From the NCBI GenBank assembly GCA_016189835.1, contig JACPRU010000033.1, positions 8,253-72,252 of the forward strand: a stretch of 64,000 bases of DNA, given 5' to 3'. Origin of the DNA: Deltaproteobacteria bacterium. GTDB lineage: Bacteria; Desulfobacterota; Binatia; JACPRU01. A program made the position numbers and the translations under genes. Below are positions 47,377 through 56,647 of this stretch, in pieces (positions within the stretch are counted from its first letter, which is position 1; every line of letters begins with the position of its first letter). The notes under the pieces are model-generated. The model did no database searches. It was not told the DNA's origin and saw only the letters and a program-made list of their open reading frames with translations.

Positions 47377-48900
47377 ATGGCCGATCCGATCCTGGTCGCC
47401 AAGGGCGAGCACGATCTCTTCCTGCTGCCCTCGATGGTGAACCGCCACGGCCTGATCGCCGGGGCGACGGGCACGGGCAAGACCGTCACGCTGCAGGTGC
47501 TGGCCGAAGGGCTGTCGCGGATCGGCGTGCCGGTGTTCCTCACCGACGTGAAGGGAGACCTGTCGGGCATCGCCGCGGCCGGCGGCGACCGTCCGCAGGT
47601 CGCCGAGCGGGTGAAGCAGATGGGGATCGCGGGGTTCGAGCCCGCCGCGTCGCCGGTGGTCTTCTGGGACGTGTTCGGCGAGCAGGGGCATCCGGCGCGC
47701 ACGACGATCTCGGAGATGGGGCCGCTGTTTCTCGGCCGCCTGCTTCATCTCAACGACACCCAGGCCGCGGTCCTCACGCTGGTCTTCAAGGTCGCCGACG
47801 ACGGCGGGCTCCTGCTGCTCGACTTGAAGGACCTGCGGGCGATGGTGCAGCACGTCGGCGACCACGCCAAGGCGTTCACCGCCGAATACGGCAACGTCTC
47901 GGCCGCCTCGATCGGCGCCATCCAGCGCGGGCTGCTGGCGCTCGAGCAGGATGCGGGGGAGCGCCTGTTCGGCGAGCCCGCGCTCGACGTGGAGGACCTG
48001 CTGCAGACCGACGCGGCGGGGCGCGGCGTGGTGAACGTACTGGCGGCAGACCGGCTCTTCCGGCACCCGAAGATGTACGCCGCGTTTCTCCTGTGGCTGC
48101 TCGCCGAGCTGTTCGAGCGGCTGCCGGAGGTCGGCGACCTCGATCGGCCGAAGCTCGTGCTGTTCTTCGACGAGGCCCACCTGCTGTTCGGCGACGCGCC
48201 GCAGGCGCTCGAGCAGAAGATCGAGCAGGTCGTGCGCCTGGTTCGCTCCAAGGGCGTGGGCGTCTACTTCGTCACGCAGAATCCGCTCGACGTGCCGGAT
48301 CTCGTGCTCGGCCAGCTCGGCAACCGCGTGCAGCACGCGCTGCGCGCCTTCACGCCGCGCGACCAGAAGGCGGTGAGAGCCGCCGCCGAGACCTTGCGCC
48401 GCAATCCCGCGCTCGACGTCGAGCGGGCGATCGCCGAGCTCGGCGTCGGCGAGGCGCTGGTATCGCTGCTCGACGACCACGGCCGCCCCGGCGTGGTCGA
48501 GCGGGCGAAGATCTGTCCGCCGCGCAGCCGCGTCGGCCCGATCTCCGCCGGCGAGCGACGGGCGATCATCGACCAGTCGGTGCTCTACGGCCACTACGAG
48601 CAGACCGCCGACCGCGAGTCGGCCTACGAGAAGCTGCGCGGTCGCGCCGAGAGCCGCGCGGCCGGTCAAGCGCCGGATGCTGCGGCCGAGCCCCCGCCGC
48701 GGGGCTCGCGGGTCCAAACCGCCGCCGAATCCAGCGTCCTGCGCGACGTGCTGCTCGGCTCCACGGGCCCGCGCGGCGGCCGGCGCGAAGGCGTGGTCGA
48801 GGCCGCGGCCAAGAGCGCGGCCCGCGCCGTCGGCAGCCAGATCGGCCGCCAGATCCTGCGCGGCCTGTTCGGCTCGCTTCTCGGCGGCTCGCGGCGCTGA
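47377..48900 (+). CDS. HerA-like/DUF853 (YjgR-family) P-loop ATPase
   Basis: 507 aa. Walker A is [11 protein letters not shown] and Walker [13 protein letters not shown], followed by a basic Gly-rich C-terminal tail. Confidence 0.8.
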   Translation: MADPILVAKGEHDLFLLPSMVNRHGLIAGATGTGKTVTLQVLAEGLSRIGVPVFLTDVKGDLSGIAAAGGDRPQVAERVKQMGIAGFEPAASPVVFWDVFGEQGHPARTTISEMGPLFLGRLLHLNDTQAAVLTLVFKVADDGGLLLLDLKDLRAMVQHVGDHAKAFTAEYGNVSAASIGAIQRGLLALEQDAGERLFGEPALDVEDLLQTDAAGRGVVNVLAADRLFRHPKMYAAFLLWLLAELFERLPEVGDLDRPKLVLFFDEAHLLFGDAPQALEQKIEQVVRLVRSKGVGVYFVTQNPLDVPDLVLGQLGNRVQHALRAFTPRDQKAVRAAAETLRRNPALDVERAIAELGVGEALVSLLDDHGRPGVVERAKICPPRSRVGPISAGERRAIIDQSVLYGHYEQTADRESAYEKLRGRAESRAAGQAPDAAAEPPPRGSRVQTAAESSVLRDVLLGSTGPRGGRREGVVEAAAKSAARAVGSQIGRQILRGLFGSLLGGSRR

Positions 48901-48954
48901 GCTACTGGGAGCTGGCTTGACTTTGTCCCGAGTCGGGAACTAAACAACCCGCCG

Positions 48955-49150
48955 ACATAGCGGTCGGGTTGACCGTGCGCGATTCGCTGGGAATCGCGCC
49001 GGTAGAAGAGGGAAGCCGGTGAGAGACCGGCGCTGCCCCGCAACTGTGAGGGCGGACGAGGCGAGCACGAACGGTCACTGTCCCGCGCGCGGGATGGGAA
49101 GGCCGCTCGTCCTCGGATGATGCCCGAGCCAGGAGACCTGCCCGACCGAC
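48955..49150 (+). promoter_or_regulatory. Cobalamin (adenosylcobalamin) riboswitch
   Basis: Conserved core read directly: GGGAAGCCGGTGAGAGACCGGCGCTGCCCCGCAACTGTGA, GGTCACTG...GGGAAGGCC and the B12 box GAGCCAGGAGACCTGCCC. It lies upstream of a TonB-dependent receptor. The boundaries are approximate. Confidence 0.85.
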
Positions 49151-49335
49151 GCTGCCGAGAGCCCGCCGGCGAATCTCGTCGCCGGCAGGCCCGGGAAGCC
49201 TTCCGAAGGGGAGGGGGCAGATGGTGATTCGGAAACCTCCGACGCGGCCGCAACGCGGACGCGGCCCTCGCCCGCTGGTCGCCGTCGCGCGACGCTCCTG
49301 GCTTCCGCTCTCGGCACACGACCCGAGGGGGAAAC

Positions 49336-51282
49336 ATGCAGCGAAGGGCAAGAATCGGTGGGGCGAGCTTCGCCGCGGCACTGTGGGTGGCCGCGGTCGC
49401 GGCGCAGGAGCCGGCGCAGCGGCCGCCGGCCGAGATGACGATGGACACGATGGTCGTATCGCCGACGCGCTCCGAGCAACCGATCTCGGTGGTGCCGTCG
49501 GCGATCACGGTAATCACCGGCCAGGATCTCGAGCGCAAGCAGGTGCCTTCGGTGGCCGACGCGCTGCGCGAAGTGCCGGGCCTCGAGATCCATGAAAGCG
49601 GCTCCCGCGGGGCGAACGTCTCGGTCCTGATGCGCGGCGCCGACGCCGATCAGGTGCTGGTGCTGATCGACGGCGTGCGGGTGAACAGCACCACGCTCGG
49701 CTCATTCGACTTCGCGGGCCTCACGCCGGAAAACATCGACCGGATCGAGGTGCTGCGCGGCTCGGGCGGCACGCTGTACGGCTCGGAGGCGGTGGGCGGG
49801 GTGATCCAGATCTTCACCCGCAAAGGCTCGGGGCCGCCGCGCGGCTCGATCTCGGTCTCGGGCGGCAACGCCGCAACCGACCGGGAGGTGGCGGAGGTCT
49901 CCGGAGAGAGCGGAATCGTCTCGTTCTCCGGCAGCGTCTCGCACATCCATACCGACGGCTTCAAGCCGCAGAACGACGACTACGAGAATACCGTCGTCTC
50001 CGGGCGACTCGACGTCCGGGTCGTGCCCGACGGCACGGTGCGGCTGATCTTCCGCGTCGGCGATTCGGAGTTCGGCAACTTCTTCAACAACAACTTCCTC
50101 GCCGCGCCCGACCCGGACGCGCGACAGAAGGACCAGGTCGACTTCACACGCGCGGAGTGGGGCCACGCGCTCGGCTCCGCGCTGCGCTACCGGATCGGCT
50201 TCTCCTACGCGCGCGCGGACCAGCAGTTCGACGACCTGCCCGACGCCGCGGAATCGAGCGCCCTCCACTCCGACTTCCTCTCCCAGACCTTCACCGGCGA
50301 CGCCAACGCGATCCTCGTCTGGTGGCAGAAGCGGGTCGAGAGCATCGCCGGCTTCGAATACGAGGTGCAAGCAGGAGACGCCGACTCGCTCAGCCTGGAC
50401 CCGACGTTCGGCGACTGGCGCACGACGTTCGATCGCGACGTGCGCAACCTCGCCGGCTACACGCTCCATCAGCTGTTCCTCGACGAGCGGCGGCTGGTGC
50501 TGAACGCCGGGGTCCGCGCCGACGGCAACCAGCGTTTCGGACGCGCCGTCAGCCCGTCCGGCGGAGCGAGCTACGCCGTGGCGGCGACCGGTACGCGGCT
50601 GCGGGCGACCTACGCCGAGGCGTTCAAGGCGCCGACGCTGAACCAGCTGTTCTTTCCCGGCTTCGGCAATCCGGTGCTCGACGCCGAGCACAGCTGGGAG
50701 GTCGACGCCGGCTTCGATCAGTCGCTGCTCGGCGAGCGGGCGCTGGTCTCGGCCAACTATTTCCACCGGCGGGTGAGCGATCTGATCGCCGGAGTGCCGC
50801 AGGACGACGGCCTGTTTCTCGCCGAGAACGTCGGCCGCTCGACGGTCGACGGCGCCGAGGCCGCGCTCGACGTCGAGATCGTGAGCGGCGTGCGCGCGGG
50901 CGGCGAGTACACCTACCTCGACGTCGACGCCAGTCTCAACGGCCGCGTGCGCCGGCCGAAGCACGCCGGATCGCTGCACGTGGCGGCCGAGCATGCGTCG
51001 CTCTTCCGGCACGGAGACCGTCTCTCCGCCGACGTGAGCTTGCTGCTGGTCGGAGACCGGCTGGACTTCGATCCGCTGGCGGGGTTCGCGGCGCGGCGCA
51101 ACCGCGCCTACCAGCGAGCCGACCTCGCGGCCGCGTACTCGTGGCCGTTGCCGGGCGCGTTCGTCCAGCGGCTGAAGGTCTTCGCCCGCGTCGAGAACCT
51201 CTTCGATCGCCACTATCAACAGGTGCTCGGCTTCGGCGCGCGGCCGCTGAACTTCCTGGCCGGAGTGGGCGGGGAGTTCTGA
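49336..51282 (+). CDS. btuB: TonB-dependent outer-membrane receptor, probable cobalamin receptor
   Basis: 648 aa. Signal peptide, TonB box/plug (DTMVVSPTR...ITVITGQDLER...VLIDGVRVNS), and a beta-barrel ending in a terminal aromatic (GGEF). The context is a B12 riboswitch plus btuFCD. Confidence 0.85.
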   Translation: MQRRARIGGASFAAALWVAAVAAQEPAQRPPAEMTMDTMVVSPTRSEQPISVVPSAITVITGQDLERKQVPSVADALREVPGLEIHESGSRGANVSVLMRGADADQVLVLIDGVRVNSTTLGSFDFAGLTPENIDRIEVLRGSGGTLYGSEAVGGVIQIFTRKGSGPPRGSISVSGGNAATDREVAEVSGESGIVSFSGSVSHIHTDGFKPQNDDYENTVVSGRLDVRVVPDGTVRLIFRVGDSEFGNFFNNNFLAAPDPDARQKDQVDFTRAEWGHALGSALRYRIGFSYARADQQFDDLPDAAESSALHSDFLSQTFTGDANAILVWWQKRVESIAGFEYEVQAGDADSLSLDPTFGDWRTTFDRDVRNLAGYTLHQLFLDERRLVLNAGVRADGNQRFGRAVSPSGGASYAVAATGTRLRATYAEAFKAPTLNQLFFPGFGNPVLDAEHSWEVDAGFDQSLLGERALVSANYFHRRVSDLIAGVPQDDGLFLAENVGRSTVDGAEAALDVEIVSGVRAGGEYTYLDVDASLNGRVRRPKHAGSLHVAAEHASLFRHGDRLSADVSLLLVGDRLDFDPLAGFAARRNRAYQRADLAAAYSWPLPGAFVQRLKVFARVENLFDRHYQQVLGFGARPLNFLAGVGGEF

Positions 51283-51288
51283 GCGCGG

Positions 51289-52254
51289 ATGCGGATGGAG
51301 CCGACGGGCCAGCGAGCGAGCCGTCTCGAGGCGGGGGTCTCGAGTCGGAGCGATGGGAGGATCGGAGAGTCGAGTCCTGCGCATCGGCACGCCGGCGCGT
51401 GGATCGCGCTCGCCTGGTGGATCTTCGGCCCGGCCGGTGCACCCGATGCCGCGGCCATGCGCATCGTCTCGCTCGCACCCTCGATCACCGAGACGCTGTT
51501 CGCCGTCGGCGCGGGCGCCGAGGTGGTCGCCGTGTCCGACCTCTCCGACTTCCCGCCCGAGGCTCGCTCGATCGAGCGCGTCGGGTCGTACATGAAGCCG
51601 AACGTCGAAGCCGTGATCGCCCACCGGCCCGACCTGGTGATCGCGGTGCCGAGCCCGGGGAATCGCGAAGCCGTCGAGGGGTTGATGGCGCTCGGCCTGC
51701 GCGTCTTGGTGGTGGAGGAGGGTCCGACGATCGGCGACATTCTCGGCGCGATCGGCCGCATCGCCGACGAGTGCGAGCGTCACGACGCCGGCCGCGTGCT
51801 CGTCGAGCGGCTGCGCGAGCGGGTGGCCGCGGTGCGCCGGCGGGTGGCTCCGCTGCCGCGCCCGCGCGTGCTGATGGTCGTCGGCGAGAACCCGCTGGTC
51901 GCCGTCGGCGACGACAACCTACTGGCCGAGCTGCTGCGCGAGGCCGGTGCCGACAACGTGGCGTCGGGTCTCGGCCGCTGGCCGCGGCTGTCGGTCGAGT
52001 TCGTGGTGAAGAGCGCCCCGCAAGTGGTGATCGACTCGAGCATGGGCGACGAGGCATCCGCGGACCTGTCGTTCTACGCAGGGCTCGGGATCGAGGCCGT
52101 CCGGCGGGGCCGGCTCCACGCGGTCCGCCTCGACGAGGTGCTGCGGCCGGGGCCGCGGATCGGCGAAGGGCTCGAGAAGCTCGCGCGGCTGCTTCACCCG
52201 CGAGCGTTCGGCGAGCCCGCGCCGGCGGCCCGGCCCGCGGGAGCGCCGCGTTGA
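51289..52254 (+). CDS. btuF: Periplasmic cobalamin/siderophore-type ABC substrate-binding protein
   Basis: The core RIVSLAPSITETLFAVGAGAEVVAVSD...KPNVEAVIAHRPDLVI is typical of BtuF/FecB-like binding proteins. The exact start is uncertain. Confidence 0.75.
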   Translation: MRMEPTGQRASRLEAGVSSRSDGRIGESSPAHRHAGAWIALAWWIFGPAGAPDAAAMRIVSLAPSITETLFAVGAGAEVVAVSDLSDFPPEARSIERVGSYMKPNVEAVIAHRPDLVIAVPSPGNREAVEGLMALGLRVLVVEEGPTIGDILGAIGRIADECERHDAGRVLVERLRERVAAVRRRVAPLPRPRVLMVVGENPLVAVGDDNLLAELLREAGADNVASGLGRWPRLSVEFVVKSAPQVVIDSSMGDEASADLSFYAGLGIEAVRRGRLHAVRLDEVLRPGPRIGEGLEKLARLLHPRAFGEPAPAARPAGAPR

Positions 52255-53276
52255 GGCCCGCCGCACGGCAGCCGCGGCTCACCCGCGAGCGGGCGCGAGC
52301 CGTGCTCGCCGGCCTGGCGGTGCTGCTCGGCGCGAGCCTGGTGCTCGCGGCGATCATCGGCGGCGTGCGCATCGACTTCTCCCGCGCGCTCGATTTCGCC
52401 CATCCCGACAGCCCCGACTTCGTGATCCTGTTTCGCGCGAGATTGCCCCGCGTGCTGCTCGGGGCGACGGTGGGCGGCGGGCTCGGCGCCGCCGGCGCGG
52501 CGCTGCAGGCGCTCTTGCGCAATCCCCTGGCGAGCCCCGACGTGATCGGCATCTCGGGCGGCGCGTCGATCGGCGCGATCCTGGTGCTCGCGCTCGGGGT
52601 CGGCGGGCCGGCCTGGATTCTGGTGCCGGCGGCGGCATTCGCCGCCTCGCTGGCGACGCTCGGCGCGATCGTCCGGCTGTCGACCGTGCACGGGCGGCTG
52701 AATCCCTATTCTCTGCTGCTGGTCGGCGTGATCGCCAACACGATCGCCGCGGCGCTGATCATGCTGGTGACCGCGATGGTCGACTCGCTGCGCGCGCAGG
52801 GGGTGCTGGTCTGGCTGACGGGGAGCCTGGCGCAGCGGCCCTATTCGCTGGTCGCCACCGTCTTCGTCTTCACCGTCCTGCCGGCGCTCGCGCTGTGGGC
52901 TCAGGCGCGCAGCCTGAACCTGCTCGCGCTCGGCGAGGAGACCGCCGTGCAGCTCGGCACCGACGTCGCCCGCGTGCGCCGGACGAGCTTTCTCGCCTCG
53001 GCCCTGCTGGTCGGCGCCTCCGTGTCGGTGAGCGGCGTGATCGGTTTCGTCGGGCTGATCGTGCCGCACTGTCTGCGCCTGGCGATCGGCTCCGACCAGC
53101 GGCTGTTGATCCCGGCTTCGTTCCTCGGCGGCGCCGTCTTCCTGGTCTGGGCGGACACCGTGGCGCGCACGCTGCTGGCGCCGACCGAGATCCCCGTCGG
53201 CGTGCTGACCGCGCTGTGCGGCGGCCCCTTCTTCATCTTCCTGCTGCGCCGACAGGAGGAGGGGCGCGGGATATGA
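52251..53276 (+). CDS. btuC: FecCD-family ABC permease
   Basis: 341 aa from a TTG that overlaps the btuF stop (TTGA). Motifs RLPRVLLGATVGGGLGAAGAALQALLRNPLASPDVIGISGGAS and a C-terminal GGPFFIFLL. The upstream 2.1 kb of ORF 50157..53276 is spurious. Confidence 0.8.
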   Translation: MRPAARQPRLTRERARAVLAGLAVLLGASLVLAAIIGGVRIDFSRALDFAHPDSPDFVILFRARLPRVLLGATVGGGLGAAGAALQALLRNPLASPDVIGISGGASIGAILVLALGVGGPAWILVPAAAFAASLATLGAIVRLSTVHGRLNPYSLLLVGVIANTIAAALIMLVTAMVDSLRAQGVLVWLTGSLAQRPYSLVATVFVFTVLPALALWAQARSLNLLALGEETAVQLGTDVARVRRTSFLASALLVGASVSVSGVIGFVGLIVPHCLRLAIGSDQRLLIPASFLGGAVFLVWADTVARTLLAPTEIPVGVLTALCGGPFFIFLLRRQEEGRGI

Positions 53277-54082
53277 GTCGCGAGCCGGTCGTGCGACTCG
53301 AGGACGTGCGTTTCGCCTATCGCGACCGCTCGGTGCTGGACGGCGTCTCGTTCGAAGTCGAGCGCGGCGAGCGTTTCGGTCTGCTCGGCCCGACCGGCTC
53401 GGGGAAATCCACGCTGGTGCGGCTGCTCTCGGGGGTGCTGCGCCCGTCGGCGGGACGCATCTCGGTCGGCGGCCGCGATCTCGGCGGCTACCCGCCGGCC
53501 GAGCTCGCCCGGCGGGTGGCCGTGGTGCCGCAGGAGACCGCGCTCGACTTCCCGTTCTCCGTGCTCGAGGTCGTGCTGATGGGACGGGCCCCGCATCTCG
53601 GCGGCTTCGGCTTCGAGGGCGACCGCGACGTCGAGGCCGCCGAGAGCGCGATGACGCGGACGGGCGTGGCCGACCTCGCCGGCCGCTTCTTCCACGAGCT
53701 GTCCGGCGGCGAGAAGCAGCGCGTGGTGATCGCCCGCGCGCTCGCGCAGGAGCCCGAGGTCCTGCTGCTCGATGAGCCGACGACGTCCCTCGACATCCGC
53801 CACGTGGTGGAGATCTTCGAGCTGCTCTCGGCGCTGTCGCGGGAGCGGGGTATGACGCTGGTCGTGGTGCTGCACGATCTGAACCTCGCGGCGCTGTACT
53901 TGCAGCGTCTGGCGTTCCTGAAGCACGGGCGGCTCTACGCCTGCGGCCCGCCCGAGGAGGTGATGACCTACCGGACGATCCGCGACGTCTACGAGACCGA
54001 CGTCTACGTGCATCGCAACGACCTCACCGGCAGGCTGAACGTTCTGCCGCTCGGCAGCGTGACGGCGGGCTCGCGGACGTGA
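53273..54082 (+). CDS. btuD: ABC transporter ATP-binding protein (BtuD/FepC-like)
   Basis: 269 aa. Walker A GPTGSGKST, signature LSGGEKQR, Walker B LLLDEPT. ATGA overlap with btuC. Confidence 0.85.
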   Translation: MSREPVVRLEDVRFAYRDRSVLDGVSFEVERGERFGLLGPTGSGKSTLVRLLSGVLRPSAGRISVGGRDLGGYPPAELARRVAVVPQETALDFPFSVLEVVLMGRAPHLGGFGFEGDRDVEAAESAMTRTGVADLAGRFFHELSGGEKQRVVIARALAQEPEVLLLDEPTTSLDIRHVVEIFELLSALSRERGMTLVVVLHDLNLAALYLQRLAFLKHGRLYACGPPEEVMTYRTIRDVYETDVYVHRNDLTGRLNVLPLGSVTAGSRT

Positions 54083-54816
54083 TCGGCGCGGCTGACGTCG
54101 GCGCCGCGCTGCGCTTTCTCACCCGCCTGCCGCTGCCGGCGCGCGGCGGCGGCGCCGCGGACGGCGCGGTCCGCTTCGGCGCCGCCGCGTTTCCGCTGGT
54201 CGGCCTGCTGCTCGGCGCCGCGGCCGTCGCCGGCGACGCGCTGGCGGACGCGCTGCCCGAGACCCTGCGCAACGTCGGCATCCTCGCCGGCTGGGCGGCG
54301 CTGACCGGGGCGCTGCACTACGACGCCCTCGCCGATACGCTGGACGCGCTCGGCGGCCGCGGGGTGCCGGAGCGGCTGCGCATCATGCGCGACGGCGCGC
54401 TGGGGTCGTACGCCGTGCTGGGGCTCGTGCTGGTGGTGGCCGGCGAGCTCTCGGCGCTGTCGCTGCTCCACGGCGAGACGCGGCTCCGGGCGCTCGCCGT
54501 CGCTCCGGCGATCGGCCGGTGGACGATGCTGCTGGCGGCGTTCCGCGCACCGCCCGCTCGGCCGGACGGCCTCGGCGCGGCGTTCGCGCGCGGCCTCGGC
54601 GCCGCGGAGCTGGCGGCGGCGACGGCGACCGCCGCGGCCGCGCTCGCGCTGCTCGCCGGCCCCTCGGGATGGATCGCCGCCCTGCTCGCCGCCGCGCTCG
54701 CGCTCGGCGTGCGGCGGCTGGCGGTGGCCTCCTTCGGCGGCATCACCGGCGACGTGCTCGGCGCCGCCGGCAAGCTCGGCGAGCTCGTGACGCTGGGGGT
54801 GCTGGCGTCGCGATGA
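54079..54816 (+). CDS. cobS: Adenosylcobinamide-GDP ribazoletransferase (cobalamin synthase)
   Basis: 245 aa polytopic protein. The N-terminal ALRFLTRLPLP motif is characteristic of CobS. GTGA overlap with btuD. Confidence 0.8.
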   Translation: MIGAADVGAALRFLTRLPLPARGGGAADGAVRFGAAAFPLVGLLLGAAAVAGDALADALPETLRNVGILAGWAALTGALHYDALADTLDALGGRGVPERLRIMRDGALGSYAVLGLVLVVAGELSALSLLHGETRLRALAVAPAIGRWTMLLAAFRAPPARPDGLGAAFARGLGAAELAAATATAAAALALLAGPSGWIAALLAAALALGVRRLAVASFGGITGDVLGAAGKLGELVTLGVLASR

Positions 54817-55337
54817 GCGCGGATCCCTCGCTGCCGATCGTGCTGGTGCTCGGCGGAGCGCGCTCCGGGAAGAGCCGCTTCGCGCTCGCCCGCGCCGCGG
54901 CGTTGCCCCCGCCGCGGGTGTTTCTCGCCACCGCCGAGGCGCTCGACGAGGAGATGGCGGCGCGCATCGACCGGCACCGCGCCGAGCGCGGCGGCGAGTG
55001 GCGGACGATCGAGGAGCCGTTCGAGGTCGCCGGGGTCCTGGCGCGACAGACGGGCGGCGTCGTGCTGATCGACTGCCTGACGCTGTGGCTCGCCAACCGT
55101 ATGGGCGCCCCGCCGGGCGCCGACGTCGGGCCGGCGGTCGGCGCGCTGCTCGAGGCCGTCGCGTCCCGGCACTGCGCGGTCGTCGCCGTCAGCAACGAGG
55201 TCGGCCTCGGCATCGTTCCCGACAATCCCCTGGCGCGCGCCTTTCGCGACGCGGCGGGGGCGATGAACCGGGCGTTTGCGGAGGCGGCCGACGAGGTGCA
55301 CCTGCTGGTCGCCGGCCAGGCGCTGCGCATTCGCTGA
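54813..55337 (+). CDS. cobU: Bifunctional adenosylcobinamide kinase / adenosylcobinamide-phosphate guanylyltransferase
   Basis: 174 aa. P-loop LGGARSGKSRFA, plus IDCLTLWLAN and VSNEVGLGIVP. ATGA overlap with cobS. Confidence 0.85.
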   Translation: MSADPSLPIVLVLGGARSGKSRFALARAAALPPPRVFLATAEALDEEMAARIDRHRAERGGEWRTIEEPFEVAGVLARQTGGVVLIDCLTLWLANRMGAPPGADVGPAVGALLEAVASRHCAVVAVSNEVGLGIVPDNPLARAFRDAAGAMNRAFAEAADEVHLLVAGQALRIR

Positions 55338-55358
55338 GGTACTGGACTGGCGCGCGAC

Positions 55359-55532
55359 TTCGCCGTCTTGCACGAAGATATGCGATACGAGGCTTCGCTA
55401 CGCGCCCACCGTCGGCTGGTGGCCGTGCGGCACTGAGCGACCCGGGCAGGAGTTCGCCGTTTTGCACGAAGACATGAGATACGAGGCTTCGGTACGCGAC
55501 CACCATTCGGTCGCGGCCGTGCAGCACTGAGC
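55359..55532 (+). repeat. Tandem pair of ~80-nt imperfect direct repeats (55359-55438 and 55453-55532), each holding an 18-codon mini-ORF
   Basis: Read directly: ttcgccgtCttgcacgaagaTatgCgatacgaggcttcg... versus ttcgccgtTttgcacgaagaCatgAgatacgaggcttcg.... The copies are roughly 85 percent identical by eye, with a period of 94 nt. Confidence 0.8.
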
Positions 55533-55536
55533 CGCC

Positions 55537-56598
55537 GTGGACATGCATCTCGACGAGCTGGTGTCGCGAATCGGCGAGGTCGACGCGCGGGTCGCCGAGG
55601 CGGCGCGGAAGGAGATCGACGGCAAGACCAAGCCGCAGGGGAGCCTCGGGCGGATCGAGGCGATCGCCGTGCGGCTGGCCTCGATCTACGGCGAGGTGGC
55701 GTTCGACACGATGCCGCGCGCGGTGGTGGTGCTCGCCGCGGACCACGGGGTGGCGCGGCGCGGCGTGAGCGCCTACCCCTCGGCCGTCACCGCGCAGATG
55801 GTGCACAACTTCGCCGCCGGCGGAGCGGCGGTCAACGTGCTGGCGCGGCAGATGGCGGCGCGCACGGTGATCGTCGACATGGGGGTCGCGGGCGAGCACC
55901 GCTGGCCGCCGAGCGTGCGGCGCTGCGCGCTCGGCGCGGGCACGGAGGACCTCGCCGCCGGCCCGGCGATGAGCGAGGCGCAGGCCCTCGAGGCGATCGG
56001 CACCGGCGCGGCGATCGTCGCCGAGCTGGTGCGCGACGGCTGCCGCCTGATGCTGACCGGCGAAATGGGCATCGGCAACTCGACCGCCGGCGCGGCGCTG
56101 ACGGCGGCGTTCACCGGCCGCGGCGCCGCCGAGGTGACGGGCCGCGGCACCGGCGTCGCCGACGCGGCGCTGGCGCGGAAGATCGAGGTCGTCGCGCACG
56201 CGCTCGCGCGCCATGCCCCGTCCGCCGAGCGCCCGCTCGCCACGCTCGCCGCGCTCGGCGGCTTCGAGATCGCCGGCCTGGTCGGCGTCGTGCTGGGCGC
56301 CGCCGCCGAGCGTATTCCCGTGGTGCTCGACGGCTTCATCGCCGGCGCCGCGGCGCTGGCGGCCGTGGCGCTGGCTCCGCGGGCGCGTGCGTTCCTGTTC
56401 GCGGGACACCGTTCGGCCGAGCGCGGCCACGATGCGGCGCTGGCGTCGCTCGGTCTCGAGCCGATTCTCGATCTCGGTCTGCGCCTCGGCGAAGGCAGCG
56501 GCGCGCTGCTCGCCCTGCCGGTGCTCGACGCCGCGGCGCGCATCCTGCGCGAAATGGCCTCGTTCGCTTCCGCCGGCGTGAGCGGGCCGAGCGGCTGA
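55537..56598 (+). CDS. cobT: Nicotinate-nucleotide--dimethylbenzimidazole phosphoribosyltransferase
   Basis: 353 aa. Motifs GKTKPQGSLGRIE, GEMGIGNSTAGAAL and LGEGSGA. The start is GTG 55537 or ATG 55543. Confidence 0.85.
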   Translation: MDMHLDELVSRIGEVDARVAEAARKEIDGKTKPQGSLGRIEAIAVRLASIYGEVAFDTMPRAVVVLAADHGVARRGVSAYPSAVTAQMVHNFAAGGAAVNVLARQMAARTVIVDMGVAGEHRWPPSVRRCALGAGTEDLAAGPAMSEAQALEAIGTGAAIVAELVRDGCRLMLTGEMGIGNSTAGAALTAAFTGRGAAEVTGRGTGVADAALARKIEVVAHALARHAPSAERPLATLAALGGFEIAGLVGVVLGAAAERIPVVLDGFIAGAAALAAVALAPRARAFLFAGHRSAERGHDAALASLGLEPILDLGLRLGEGSGALLALPVLDAAARILREMASFASAGVSGPSG

Positions 56599-56647
56599 GG
56601 GCGTCGTCGTTCTCCGCGCCGCGATCTACGGCTATCCTCCGCGACCC

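Noticed and set aside
49221-49595. 124-aa ORF (MVIRKPPTRPQRGRG...) starting in the riboswitch-btuB leader
   Set aside because: It has Arg/Gly-rich composition and overlaps the btuB signal peptide in another frame. The btuB ATG 49336 has a GGGGGA SD and a proper signal peptide.
50157-52250. N-terminal 698 codons of the 1039-aa plus-strand ORF 50157..53276
   Set aside because: This part overlaps btuB and btuF in another frame and is Arg-rich nonsense. The FecCD permease sequence begins only at TTG 52251, coupled to the btuF stop.
55401-55520. Compensatory base changes between the two 80-nt repeat copies as proof of a structured RNA
   Set aside because: Each copy can form a hairpin, but the stems are in shifted registers rather than at homologous positions. 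This is not true covariation. I kept it only as a weak observation within the repeat finding.
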